Shown: in pieces, positions 30,980-40,927 of the stretch
How the letters are laid out: each line of letters begins with the position of its first letter
How positions within the stretch are numbered: position 1 is the first letter of the stretch
NCBI GenBank assembly: GCA_902505605.1
Contig: CABWKN010000093.1
Location: forward strand, 266 to 64,265
Reading direction: 5' to 3'
Source of the DNA: Candidatus Guanabacterium sedimentis
GTDB taxonomy: Bacteria; Acidobacteriota; B3-B38; Guanabaribacteriales; B3-B38
DNA length: 64,000 nucleotides
Program-made: the position numbers and the translations under genes
The notes under the pieces: generated by a model
Database searches by the model: none
Told to the model about the DNA's origin: nothing
What the model saw: the letters and a program-made list of their open reading frames with translations, nothing else

Positions 30980-32038
30980 GTGAGCTTTATGCCTTCAAGA
31001 AGAATATGCGTAGTGACCTCTGATGTCCCCTTTGTCAGCGGGGGGCATCTGACCATTGCTCGCTCGTTGGTTCTCCAGCTGCGCGAGTTTGGCTACTATG
31101 CCGACCTGGTGCTCACTCCACAGAATCGATTTGGGCGGCAGTTGTCCGCTTATTTAGCCACCTGGTTTACCGATGTAGGTTTGACGGGGGATGAGGAGCA
31201 GATAGACCAGGTTATTTCCTTTCGCTACCCCAGCTATGCGGTTCGCCATCCCAACCATATATGCTGGCTGAACCATCGGATGAGGGAGTATTATGACCTG
31301 TGGGATGCTTTTTACCTTACATTGAGCTGGAAAGGAAGAATGAAGGAACTGATCCGCCGCTTTCTCATCCATAAGATTGATAATTACCTTTTGAAAAAGA
31401 GACTTAAGAGACTTTATGCTCAGTCGAAAACCATCCAATCGAGACTCCTCCGCTGGGGAGGGATACCCTCCCAGGTGCTTTATCCCCCTGCACCGGTGAG
31501 GAGATACCGCACCTCGGCTTACCAGAACTTTATTTTTGCCGTCTCTCGACTGGACAGATTGAAACGGTTGGACCTCCTGATAGATGCCATTGCTATGGTA
31601 AAAAGCCGGGGGATTAGATGCCTTATCGCTGGAGAGGGAAAGGAGGGGGATAATCTCCTTCGTAAGATAAAGGAGAAAGGGCTGGAAGGTAGGGTGAGAT
31701 TACTGGGATGGGTGGATGATACTACTCTCATTGACTATTATGCTCGATGTCGCGGGGTATTTTTCGGTCCTTTGAATGAGGATTATGGGCTGGTTACCTT
31801 AGAAGCTTTTAGCTCCCGCAAGCCGGTCCTCACCTGTCAGGACAGTGGAGGACCTTCCGAGTTGGTAGAGGATGGGGTATCAGGTTTCGTTGTCCCTCCC
31901 GTGCCCGCTATGATAGCCGAGAGGATAGACCTGATGGCTGAAAACCCTGCTCTTTGCCAGCAGATGGGGGAGAATGGCTTTGAACTCGCCCTCGGGATAA
32001 CCTGGGAGAAGGTCATCCAGGAGCTCACAAGGGAATAG
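30980..32038 (+). CDS. Glycosyltransferase family 4 (GT-B)
   Basis: C-terminal EAFSSRKPVLTCQDSGGPSELVEDGVSGFVV is the GT4 donor-binding motif. Confidence 0.75.
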   Translation: MSFMPSRRICVVTSDVPFVSGGHLTIARSLVLQLREFGYYADLVLTPQNRFGRQLSAYLATWFTDVGLTGDEEQIDQVISFRYPSYAVRHPNHICWLNHRMREYYDLWDAFYLTLSWKGRMKELIRRFLIHKIDNYLLKKRLKRLYAQSKTIQSRLLRWGGIPSQVLYPPAPVRRYRTSAYQNFIFAVSRLDRLKRLDLLIDAIAMVKSRGIRCLIAGEGKEGDNLLRKIKEKGLEGRVRLLGWVDDTTLIDYYARCRGVFFGPLNEDYGLVTLEAFSSRKPVLTCQDSGGPSELVEDGVSGFVVPPVPAMIAERIDLMAENPALCQQMGENGFELALGITWEKVIQELTRE

Positions 32039-32055
32039 GGTTCTCCCCACAGTGG

Positions 32056-32775
32056 GTGTTCTTTTTTATCTGGAGCTTAACGATGGTAGAGCACGGAGCT
32101 GATGACAAGATAAGCCCTAAAATTTACCCGCTACCCATCATTTATCATATATACCTCACACTTTACAAGGCGTTCGGTCCTCAGCATTGGTGGCCCGCCG
32201 AGAGCCCGTTTGAAGTGATAATGGGCGCCATCCTCACCCAAAATACTGCCTGGGTCAATGTAGAGAAAGCTCTGACAAACCTTAAGGAAGCGAAGATTTT
32301 CAACCCCCAATCTCTATATCAGACCGACCTTGAGACCCTTTCTCTTCTGATTCGCCCCGCCGGCTACTATAATCAGAAGGCGCGGAAGATTAATAATTTT
32401 CTCCACTTTTTCTTTTCCAGCTATAGGGGTGAACTATCCTGCATGTGGCAGGAAAGTCTGAAAATTCTGAGGGATAAGATGTTAAAAGTACGGGGAATTG
32501 GGGAGGAGACGGCTGATTCCATTCTCCTTTATGCTGGGGGTAAGCCGATTTTTGTAGTTGATGCCTACACCATGCGGGTGGTTAAACGTCATCAACTGGT
32601 TGAGGAGAAAGCTTATTATGGCGAGGTACAGCAGCTGTTTATGAGGAATCTCCCCCGTATTACCGAGCTTTACAATGAGTATCATGCCCTGCTCGTGCGC
32701 ATTGGTAAAGAGTTCTGCGGCAAAAGAGAGCCCCTGTGCCAACTGTGCCCTCTGCGTGGATACCTGAAAGGATGA
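32056..32775 (+). CDS. HhH-GPD superfamily DNA glycosylase (endonuclease III-related, probably monofunctional)
   Basis: ILTQNTAW...VRGIGEETADSILLYA HhH-GPD motif and catalytic Asp in VVDAYTMRV. Lys replaced by Glu at the EndoIII lyase position. C-terminal Cys cluster. The real start is probably the internal Met in MVEHGAD. Confidence 0.65.
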   Translation: MFFFIWSLTMVEHGADDKISPKIYPLPIIYHIYLTLYKAFGPQHWWPAESPFEVIMGAILTQNTAWVNVEKALTNLKEAKIFNPQSLYQTDLETLSLLIRPAGYYNQKARKINNFLHFFFSSYRGELSCMWQESLKILRDKMLKVRGIGEETADSILLYAGGKPIFVVDAYTMRVVKRHQLVEEKAYYGEVQQLFMRNLPRITELYNEYHALLVRIGKEFCGKREPLCQLCPLRGYLKG

Positions 32776-32788
32776 AGGAGAACTGGTA

Positions 32789-34351
32789 ATGGCTGTTCAC
32801 TCTGGTAAAAGTGAAAGGAGTGGGAGGTGGCTTTTCTCCCGCAGACGAGTGGGAGGTTTATGGCTGGGTATATTTCTTTTTCTGATGATGCTTATGCTTC
32901 CAAGGCCAGCCGGAATGAGCCCTTCTGCTCAAAGGATGGCGGCTATTGCTCTGCTTATGGCCTGCTGGTGGATCAGCGAGGCAATCCCCATTGCGGCGAC
33001 CGCTTTGGTCCCCTTGGTGGCTTATCCCCTGTTGAAGATTCTCCCCACCGGCGAAGTAGCGCGCTCTTATGCTACCCACAACATCTTCCTCTTTATGGGG
33101 GGCTTTTTTATATCGATGGCCATGCGGAAGTGGAATCTCCACCGAAGGATTGCTCTCCATATCATTTCTTGGGTGGGATTCAAACCCAGTCGCATAGTTC
33201 TTGGTTTTATGCTTTCTACTGCTTTCCTGTCCATGTGGATTTCTGATACTGCCACTGCGATGATGATGTTCCCCATTGCTCTGTCTGTTATCTCTCATGC
33301 CGCAGAGGTGGGAGAAAAGGGAAGTGTGAAGGGACGAATAGGTGATTTTGGCTTCACATTAATGCTTGGAATAGCATACTCATCGGTAATAGGTGGCGTA
33401 GGTACTTTGATTGGCACCCCTCCGAATATCATTTTTGCCGGAACTCTGAAGACCCTTTATCCTAAGGTAGCGGAGTTCGACTTTTTCCACTGGATGATGG
33501 TAGGCGTTCCCTTTGTCATCCTTTTCATACCCCTGGCATGGTTGTATCTGGTGCGAGTTGCCACATCTACCAGTAAGCAAGATTTTCTGGGCAGCGGAGG
33601 AATTATAAAAGAGGAGCTGAAGAAGTTAGGTCCCATGAGCCGAGGAGAGAGGTACACCATGATTATCTTTGCCAGCACGGCTTTTCTGTGGATATTCCGG
33701 CAAAATATAAAAATTGGGGATGTGATAATCCCCGGTTGGTCAGACCTGCTGGGGATTGGGCAATATGTTCAAGACTCCACCGTGGCCATCGCCATGGCGT
33801 TAGTTATGTTCTTCCTGCCAGTTGACATTCGTAAGGGAGAGTTTTTGTTAGATTGGGAGTGGGCGAAACGTATTCCCTGGGGTATCCTGATTTTATTTGG
33901 AGGGGGCTTCGCCCTGGCAAGTGGCTTCAATCAGACAGGATTAGCAGGCTGGATAGGAGGTAATTTGAAGGGATTGGGAGCGGTACCGGTGTTCGGCATG
34001 GTCTTGTTGGTCTCCCTGCTGATGACATTCCTGACGGAAGTCACCTCTAATACTGCTACCGCTACTACTTTTATGCCTATATTAGCCGCTACGGCTTCAG
34101 CCATCAGGGTACATCCCTTTATGCTGATGATTCCAGCCACTATGTCAGCTTCTTGTGCTTTTATGCTTCCGGTAGCCACCCCTCCCAATGCCATAGTTTT
34201 CGGCAGCGGATACCTGACCATCCCCAAGATGGCAAGAGTGGGGGTAGTAATGAATTTCATCGGAGCAGCTTTGATATTTATTATTATGTATTTTCTGGCA
34301 GTCCCCGTGCTGGGAATTGAGCCATGGGGGCTTCCCTCCTGGGCGCAGTAA
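32789..34351 (+). CDS. DASS/SLC13-family anion:sodium symporter
   Basis: 520 aa polytopic membrane protein with duplicated hairpin-loop motifs typical of SLC13/CitT permeases. Confidence 0.7.
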   Translation: MAVHSGKSERSGRWLFSRRRVGGLWLGIFLFLMMLMLPRPAGMSPSAQRMAAIALLMACWWISEAIPIAATALVPLVAYPLLKILPTGEVARSYATHNIFLFMGGFFISMAMRKWNLHRRIALHIISWVGFKPSRIVLGFMLSTAFLSMWISDTATAMMMFPIALSVISHAAEVGEKGSVKGRIGDFGFTLMLGIAYSSVIGGVGTLIGTPPNIIFAGTLKTLYPKVAEFDFFHWMMVGVPFVILFIPLAWLYLVRVATSTSKQDFLGSGGIIKEELKKLGPMSRGERYTMIIFASTAFLWIFRQNIKIGDVIIPGWSDLLGIGQYVQDSTVAIAMALVMFFLPVDIRKGEFLLDWEWAKRIPWGILILFGGGFALASGFNQTGLAGWIGGNLKGLGAVPVFGMVLLVSLLMTFLTEVTSNTATATTFMPILAATASAIRVHPFMLMIPATMSASCAFMLPVATPPNAIVFGSGYLTIPKMARVGVVMNFIGAALIFIIMYFLAVPVLGIEPWGLPSWAQ

Positions 34352-34358
34352 AGAAAGC

Positions 34359-35258
34359 TCAATAGCGGAGGAATTTTCTTATGGATATGAAGCTTCCTAT
34401 TAATCCCACCAGGGTTCCTCCGCCGATTATCCCCAGCCAGTATTCTAAGGGAAGGAAAGTAAATAGAAGGAAGCCGAAGAGCAAATTGTAAGAGAGTGCC
34501 AGATAATAAGATACCAGTCTGTAAGAGAGGTAGAGAAGCCCAATAGAGATGATGCCCGCTATGAAGCCCTGAAGCATTCCTTCCACCAGGAAGGGACCTT
34601 TGATAAACCAGTTGGAAGCTCCCACCAGCTTCATAATATCTATTTCGTCCTTCCGAGCATAGGCGAGTAGTCTGATTACATTAGAGGTGGTAGAGACGGC
34701 GGAGAAGACCAGCACTCCCACCAGAAATATCCCTATGACCCTGATGAGCTTCATAACGGCGCTCAAACGCTCTATCCACTGGAGGTCGTAGCTGACCTCC
34801 TTAACTCCGTCCAGCCTTTGCAGCCTGCTGGCTAATCTTTTTATCCCATCAATTGTCTGATACTCTTTTTTTATCTTTAGCTCGTAGGATGGGGGAAAGG
34901 GATTCCCGCCTATATCATCGGGGAGGGTCTGAAGAGAAGGAAAGAGGGTTTGAAACCTTTGTAGAGCTTCCTGTTTGCTTATATACACAAATTCTCCTAT
35001 CTCGGGGAGGATACTCAGCCTCTCTTGTACATAAAGAAGAGCAGGTTCGGAGAGGTTTTCCTCTAAATATATGTTGACCTGGACATTCTCGCTCCAGCGC
35101 GCTAAAATATGGTTGAAATTGGTCGATAAAACTAGAAAGACACCCAGCACATACAAGGAGACTATTATAATGGCGATGGAAAGGAGGTTGGCCCCCTTAT
35201 TGTGCCACAGGCTTGACCATCCCTCTCGCAGAAAGTATTTAATCGCTCGCAACATCAA
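34359..35258 (-). CDS. ftsX: Cell division ABC transporter permease FtsX
   Basis: 299 aa. N-terminal cytoplasmic region, periplasmic loop and four TM helices. Downstream of ftsE. Confidence 0.85.
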   Translation of the reverse strand: MMLRAIKYFLREGWSSLWHNKGANLLSIAIIIVSLYVLGVFLVLSTNFNHILARWSENVQVNIYLEENLSEPALLYVQERLSILPEIGEFVYISKQEALQRFQTLFPSLQTLPDDIGGNPFPPSYELKIKKEYQTIDGIKRLASRLQRLDGVKEVSYDLQWIERLSAVMKLIRVIGIFLVGVLVFSAVSTTSNVIRLLAYARKDEIDIMKLVGASNWFIKGPFLVEGMLQGFIAGIISIGLLYLSYRLVSYYLALSYNLLFGFLLFTFLPLEYWLGIIGGGTLVGLIGSFISIRKFLRY

Positions 35259-35297
35259 CCTTTAATGCGAGTTTACACTGATAAATTAAGGAATGAG

Positions 35298-35960
35298 TTA
35301 ATAATATTTTACTATTTTCCCTTGGTCCAACATTATTACTCGTTTGTTAGATATACATCCAATAAGCGCCGGATTATGAGTAGCAACGACCACAGTGGTT
35401 CCTTTCTGGTTGGCTTCTTCAAAGAGACGCATAATCTCCATAGAGAGTTCGGGGTCGAGGTTACCCGTAGGCTCATCAGCCAGGAGGAGAGCCGGGTCAT
35501 TGATGAGAGCTCTTGCTATGACCACCCTCTGCTGCTCTCCACCCGAAAGCTGAGGGGGCAAAGACTTCATCTTATGATGTATATCGACCATTCGTAGCAT
35601 ATTGAAGACTTTTTTCTTGGTTACCGATACGGGAACTCCGAGGATTTTTAATACAAAGCTCACATTGTCAAAGATAGTCTTGTTATTCAGCAATTTAAAG
35701 TCCTGGAAGACGATGCCCATACTGCGCCGCAAGTAGGGTATTTTGCTCGGGGGGAGCTTGGCTATGTTTCGCCTGTTGACCAGGATTTGCCCCCGGGTGG
35801 GGAGCTCCTCCCTATAGATGAGCTTTAAAAAGGTAGTCTTGCCCGCACCGCTGGGTCCCGAAATGAAGACAAACTCCCCTTTGCGGATATGAAGCGAGAT
35901 ATCTATAAGGGCAGGAGATATAGGGTCGTAATTTTTGAAAACATTGAACATCTGAATCAT
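35298..35960 (-). CDS. ftsE: Cell division ABC transporter ATPase FtsE
   Basis: GPSGAGKTT Walker [16 protein letters not shown] signature, 220 aa. Confidence 0.9.
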   Translation of the reverse strand: MIQMFNVFKNYDPISPALIDISLHIRKGEFVFISGPSGAGKTTFLKLIYREELPTRGQILVNRRNIAKLPPSKIPYLRRSMGIVFQDFKLLNNKTIFDNVSFVLKILGVPVSVTKKKVFNMLRMVDIHHKMKSLPPQLSGGEQQRVVIARALINDPALLLADEPTGNLDPELSMEIMRLFEEANQKGTTVVVATHNPALIGCISNKRVIMLDQGKIVKYY

Positions 35961-36292
35961 AGCTCTCTACCCTTGACCTTTTCAATGAGCCGTTCAATAC
36001 CACAAATATTTTAATTTATAGAAATAAAAATTACAAGAGGATTACATCTTTGGATTGCATCTTCTTAACCACTCGGCACATTAGTCTAAACCGTATTGTT
36101 ATCTTTACTTTTTCTTCGACATACGCTATGATATTTTTTTAGATTAATGCAGCTCCGGTTGCGGCAGATAAGCGAGTAACAGCGGTTTTCTCTGAGGGGG
36201 ACATTCATGTTGAGTGATTGCAGTTAACCTTCAGCAGCAGAGGTTTACAAAAATGAGAGATGGGATTCTGTCATCTTTTGATGAGAGAAATC

Positions 36293-36301
36293 TGTTATAA
36301 T
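36293..36301 (+). promoter_or_regulatory. Candidate extended -10 element TGtTATAAT upstream of pcm
   Basis: TGnTATAAT read directly. About 78 bp upstream of the pcm start. Confidence 0.3.
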
Positions 36302-36378
36302 ATAAAATTGAAAGGGTTGCTTAAAGCAGAAGGTGGGTTTGTCCCATCTGGCTTAGTGAGCAAGAACAGGGGAGGACA

Positions 36379-37140
36379 GTGAGGAGATTTTTTTTAGCAC
36401 TCATAATCTTGATGGTGAGCTTCGGTCTGCACACCTCCTGCTCCCAGCAGGACGAAAGGGAGAGGTTGAGAAGAGAGACCGAAGAGAAGGAATATTCAAT
36501 TCTTAGAAGCAACATGGTGGAAAAGCAGATTATAAGCAGGGGTATCCAGAATCCCAGGGTAATAGAGGCTATGGGGAAAGTCCCCCGGCATCTGTTTGTC
36601 CCGGAAAGCGGAAAAAAGTTTGCTTACAGCGACCGCCCCTTAGCTATTGGCTATGGTCAGTTTATATCGCGTCCCTATATCATAGCTCTGATGACAGAAG
36701 CTCTAAAACTGGAAGGGGGTGAAAAGGTACTGGAGATAGGGACCGGCTCCGGCTATCAATCGGCGATTATGGCGGAGATGGTCGCAGAAGTTTACTCCAT
36801 TGAAATCATCGACGACTTAGCCAATCAGGCTAAACAAAAGCTTGATCAACTCGGTTATGAAAATATCCATATTAAGGTAGCCGATGGATACCATGGTTGG
36901 AAGGAATTTGCGCTTTTTGATGACATCCTGGTGACCGCCGCCCCTGACCATATTCCTATCCCCCTTCTTGAACAGCTAAAGGTTGGGGGGCAGATGATTA
37001 TTCCTGTGGGTGAGCTTTTTCAGGAGTTAATCCTCCTGACCAAAACATCTGAGGGCTACCAGGAACAGCGAATCATACCGGTTAAGTTCGAACCTATGAC
37101 AGGGGAGGCGGAGAAAAAGAGCGAAGTGCCCCCTGATTAA
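36379..37140 (+). CDS. pcm: Protein-L-isoaspartate O-methyltransferase with an N-terminal signal/anchor peptide
   Basis: VLEIGTGSGYQSAIMAEM SAM-binding motif and PCMT family pattern. N-terminal MRRFFLALIILMVSFGLHTSC hydrophobic leader. Confidence 0.8.
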   Translation: MRRFFLALIILMVSFGLHTSCSQQDERERLRRETEEKEYSILRSNMVEKQIISRGIQNPRVIEAMGKVPRHLFVPESGKKFAYSDRPLAIGYGQFISRPYIIALMTEALKLEGGEKVLEIGTGSGYQSAIMAEMVAEVYSIEIIDDLANQAKQKLDQLGYENIHIKVADGYHGWKEFALFDDILVTAAPDHIPIPLLEQLKVGGQMIIPVGELFQELILLTKTSEGYQEQRIIPVKFEPMTGEAEKKSEVPPD

Positions 37141-37197
37141 CAGAGTTGCAAAGATGATTTTTCATCTTCTATTAGTGCTGTGGAGAAGGTGGTATCC

Positions 37198-38514
37198 ATG
37201 AAGAGAGAAAAAGAGCTTTCGCCTGAAGATAAAATGGGGGAGCTGGTCTCCCTTTGCAAGCGCCGGGGGTTTGTGTTTCAGAGCAGCGAGATCTACGGAG
37301 GATTGACCGGCTTCTGGGATTATGGACCTCTGGGGGTGATACTGAAAAAGAAAATATGCGACCATTGGTGGGAGAGTCTGGTCTATCGCCGCGATGATAT
37401 CGTGGGGCTGGATAGTTCTATTATAGCCCATCCTAAGGTGTGGGAAGCTTCGGGGCATGTGGAGTGCTTCCACGACCTGATGGTCGACTGCAAGGAGTGC
37501 AAAAAGCGCTTTCGCACAGACCAGGTCAGTGGTGATAAATGCCCCGAATGCGGCGGCGAGTTGACCACTCCGCGGCAGTTCAACCTGATGTTTCAAACGC
37601 ATGTAGGACCTTCCTCTGATACCCAATCGCTGAGCTACCTGAGACCGGAGACAGCGCAGTCCATCTTCACCAATTTCAAAAACATCCTTGCCAGCTCACG
37701 GCAGAAGCTTCCTTTCGGAGTTGCCCAGATAGGAAAGGCTTTCCGTAATGAGGTTACCCCACGGAATTTCATTTTTCGCTCCCGAGAATTCGACCAGATG
37801 GAGATGGAATATTTCATCAATGCCCAGGAGAGCAAAAGGTGGTTCGATTACTGGGTTCAGGATAGGTTCAACTGGTACATGGAGCTGGGAATAAAGAAGG
37901 AGAAGCTGAGGCTGCGACCCCATTCCAAGGATGAGTTAGCCCACTACGCCAGAGAGTGCGTGGATGTTGAATACAACTTCCCCTTCGGCTGGCAGGAGCT
38001 GGAGGGGATTGCCGACCGAGGGGATTTCGACCTCAAGCAACACATAAATTGCTCCAAGAAGGACCTCACTTATTACGATGATGAGACCAAGGAGAGGTTT
38101 ATTCCAGCAGTTATTGAAACCTCAGCCGGGGTGGACAGGACATTTCTCACGGTTCTGGTCGATGCATTTCATGTAGAGGAGCTGGAGAACGGGGAGGTGC
38201 GAAACCTCCTCAGTTTAAATCCTAAGTTAGCTCCTGTAGAAGTAGCGGTGTTTCCTCTGGTAAAGAAGCTCAGGGAACCGACCATCAAACTCGAGCGAGA
38301 GCTCAAGAAGGAGTTCAAGACATTCTACGATGAGAAAGGAGCCATCGGTCGCCTCTACCGGCGTCAGGATGAGATAGGAACTCCTTATTGTATTACCTTT
38401 GACTTCCAGTCCCTGGAAGATAATGCGGTCACTGTGAGAGACCGGGATACCATGCTTCAGGACCGGGTGCCCATAGAAAAACTGAAAGATTACCTCGGGG
38501 AACGCCTGAAATAA
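37198..38514 (+). CDS. glyQS: Glycyl-tRNA synthetase (dimeric class II type)
   Basis: LCKRRGFVFQSSEIYGGLTGFWDYGPLG N-terminus and class II motifs. The start is taken at the Met preceded by GGAGAAGGTGG. An upstream in-frame ATG at 37180 lacks an RBS. Confidence 0.9.
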   Translation: MKREKELSPEDKMGELVSLCKRRGFVFQSSEIYGGLTGFWDYGPLGVILKKKICDHWWESLVYRRDDIVGLDSSIIAHPKVWEASGHVECFHDLMVDCKECKKRFRTDQVSGDKCPECGGELTTPRQFNLMFQTHVGPSSDTQSLSYLRPETAQSIFTNFKNILASSRQKLPFGVAQIGKAFRNEVTPRNFIFRSREFDQMEMEYFINAQESKRWFDYWVQDRFNWYMELGIKKEKLRLRPHSKDELAHYARECVDVEYNFPFGWQELEGIADRGDFDLKQHINCSKKDLTYYDDETKERFIPAVIETSAGVDRTFLTVLVDAFHVEELENGEVRNLLSLNPKLAPVEVAVFPLVKKLREPTIKLERELKKEFKTFYDEKGAIGRLYRRQDEIGTPYCITFDFQSLEDNAVTVRDRDTMLQDRVPIEKLKDYLGERLK

Positions 38515-40154
38515 TGGAATATTTCATCACCTATAACAACCTTCCCCGAATCCCTCGGCTCTTTGCAGATTATATTTATAATTTTCCGAAGGTAAAGCAT
38601 TATTACGGGGGAAATCGCTATCTTATAGACAGCTCCTGGGAAAACCTTTATGAATCCATCTCCTCAAAAGGCTTAACCAGGAAAGAGGTCGCTCGGGTTC
38701 TTCAAGAGCAGAATAAAAAATGGGGAGCCAAACAGAAGGTGTTGGATAACATCGCACATTTGGAGATGGAAGATACCGTTGCCGTGGTGAGCGGTCAGCA
38801 GGTCGGTCTGTTGCTCAATCCTCTCTATACCCTGTATAAAGCTCTCACTGCCATAAAGTTAGCGGCGGAATTGAGGGAGAGATTTAAATGGAGAGTGGTC
38901 CCCATCTTCTGGATGGAAGCAGAGGATCACGACCTGTCGGAGGTTAATTCCCTGAGCTTCATTGACAGCCAGAATCGCCCTGTAAGGTTAGCGCTTGAGA
39001 ATCCCTTCAGAGAAGGAAAGAGGTCAGTGGGTGAGCTGCACCTGGGAGAACAGATAGAATTGCTCCTCAAGAGGCTCAATACCTTGGTGCCCGAAACCGA
39101 GTTCAAGCCCGAACTCTGGAAAAAGATGGTCACCTTTTACAACTCCGAAGAGACTTTCTCCTCTTCCTTTGCCAGGCTTATGACCCATTTATTCAGGGGC
39201 TACGGGTTAGTAATCGTCGACCCTTCCAATGAAAAGCTTAAAGCCTTGGCGCGTCCTTTATTTGCCAGAGTGATTGATAACTTTGCTGAATTGACCAATA
39301 TTCTGGCGAATCGCAACAAGGAGCTTCTTCAAGCTGGCTATCCCCTTCAGGTTAACCTGCAGGACCTATCACATAATACCTGCCTGTTTATCAATATTGA
39401 AGGAGAGAAATACTCCCTGCTAAAGAATAATGATGGCTTCTCTCCCAGGGGGAGAGAAGAGGCTTACAGCCGAGAGGAACTGCTCCTGCTGCTGGAGAAA
39501 AGCCCTGAGCAATTCATCCCCAATGTGGTCTTGCGTCCTCTTTTTCAGGACTCTCTCTTTCCTACCATAGCCTATGTGGCAGGACCGTCGGAGGTTGCTT
39601 ATTTCGCCCAACTACAGCCTCTCTATCCGCTTTTTGAACTTCCTATGCCGGTCATCTTCCCCAGGAGTAGCTTCACCGTGGTGGAGCAGAAGGTTAAAAG
39701 AGTGCTGGACAGGTTCGGTCTGAGCTTCAGCCACTTATTGGCGGGGAGAGCGCAAGTGATTGAGAAAATTATGCCTCCTGCAGAGGTCAATCCCCAGGAA
39801 GACCCCTTCCCCACGGTTTATCAGAAGATGGAGGCTATCTTAAATGAGTTGAGAACGCATCTCCAGCAAACCGACCCCACCTTGGTTGGGGCTTTAGAGA
39901 AGAGCTGGCAGAAGATCAGCTATCAGCTAAACCACCTGGCAGGAAGATACCGCCGGGCTCTTCTTCAGAGACACAAAATACTGCTCCATCAGATAGATAA
40001 GGTTTTCAATAACCTCTTTCCTTATGACCAATTGCAGGAAAGAACAATCAATCCTTTTTATTACCTTTTCCGCTATGGAGAGTCTTTTCTTCAATTAATA
40101 TATGAGGAAATAGGCTTTAAACGCTTTGACCATAAAATAGTATACCTCGGCTGA
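38514..40154 (+). CDS. bshC: Bacillithiol biosynthesis cysteine-adding enzyme BshC
   Basis: AVVSGQQVGLLLNPLYTLYKAL...VPIFWMEAEDHDLSEVN matches the BshC (YllA) signature. The start overlaps the glyQS stop (TAATG). Confidence 0.75.
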   Translation: MEYFITYNNLPRIPRLFADYIYNFPKVKHYYGGNRYLIDSSWENLYESISSKGLTRKEVARVLQEQNKKWGAKQKVLDNIAHLEMEDTVAVVSGQQVGLLLNPLYTLYKALTAIKLAAELRERFKWRVVPIFWMEAEDHDLSEVNSLSFIDSQNRPVRLALENPFREGKRSVGELHLGEQIELLLKRLNTLVPETEFKPELWKKMVTFYNSEETFSSSFARLMTHLFRGYGLVIVDPSNEKLKALARPLFARVIDNFAELTNILANRNKELLQAGYPLQVNLQDLSHNTCLFINIEGEKYSLLKNNDGFSPRGREEAYSREELLLLLEKSPEQFIPNVVLRPLFQDSLFPTIAYVAGPSEVAYFAQLQPLYPLFELPMPVIFPRSSFTVVEQKVKRVLDRFGLSFSHLLAGRAQVIEKIMPPAEVNPQEDPFPTVYQKMEAILNELRTHLQQTDPTLVGALEKSWQKISYQLNHLAGRYRRALLQRHKILLHQIDKVFNNLFPYDQLQERTINPFYYLFRYGESFLQLIYEEIGFKRFDHKIVYLG

Positions 40155-40168
40155 AGGGGGACAGGATA

Positions 40169-40906
40169 ATGGAGTTAGATATTTTAGCCTTTGCCGCACA
40201 TCCGGACGATATTGAACTCACTTGCAGCGGAACCATAATCAAATCTGTGAAAAAGGGCTACCGTGTTGGGGTAGTTGACCTTACCCGAGGCGAGCTGGGA
40301 ACAAGGGGTACCGCTGAGCAGCGTAAAGTAGAGGCAGCTCAGGCAGCGGACATAATGGGCTTATCGGTGAGAGAGAATTTAGGGTTGCCCGATGGTAATA
40401 TTGAGATTAACAGGGAAAACAAACTGAAGGTTATTCGCCTTCTCCGTAGCTACCGTCCCCTTTTAATCTTAGTCCCTTACTGGAGGTGCCGACACTACGA
40501 CCATGCGCACTGCAGCCAGCTGGTCAGCGAAGCTGCTTTTTATTCGGGACTGGTAAAAATAGATACCGGGGAACCGCCATTCCGCCCCAAGAGGGTTGTC
40601 TATTATCGCTGTCGTTCCGAGTTTACCCCCTCCTTTGTGGTGGATATTACTCCCTATTTTCCTCTCAAATGGAAGGCTATAATGGCTTATAAATCCCAGT
40701 TCTCAAAAGAGTCTACGGAGACCGGGGTGGTTGATACCGGCTATTTTTTAGAGACCATAAAGAATCTCTCCCGCTATTACGGTTCTCTTATCGGGGTGGA
40801 GTATGGGGAGCCTTTCATTGTTAAGGAGGCGCTGGAGGTGGAAGACCCGGTCGACTTTTTCCGAAACATCTCCCCGGAGAGGGTTTTCAACACCCCCGGG
40901 AGATGA
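40169..40906 (+). CDS. bshB: PIG-L family deacetylase, BshB-type
   Basis: ILAFAAHPDDIELTCSGTIIK N-terminus with the Zn-binding His/Asp pattern. Confidence 0.8.
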   Translation: MELDILAFAAHPDDIELTCSGTIIKSVKKGYRVGVVDLTRGELGTRGTAEQRKVEAAQAADIMGLSVRENLGLPDGNIEINRENKLKVIRLLRSYRPLLILVPYWRCRHYDHAHCSQLVSEAAFYSGLVKIDTGEPPFRPKRVVYYRCRSEFTPSFVVDITPYFPLKWKAIMAYKSQFSKESTETGVVDTGYFLETIKNLSRYYGSLIGVEYGEPFIVKEALEVEDPVDFFRNISPERVFNTPGR

Positions 40907-40927
40907 GAGAGGGGGAGCATTGGCAGG

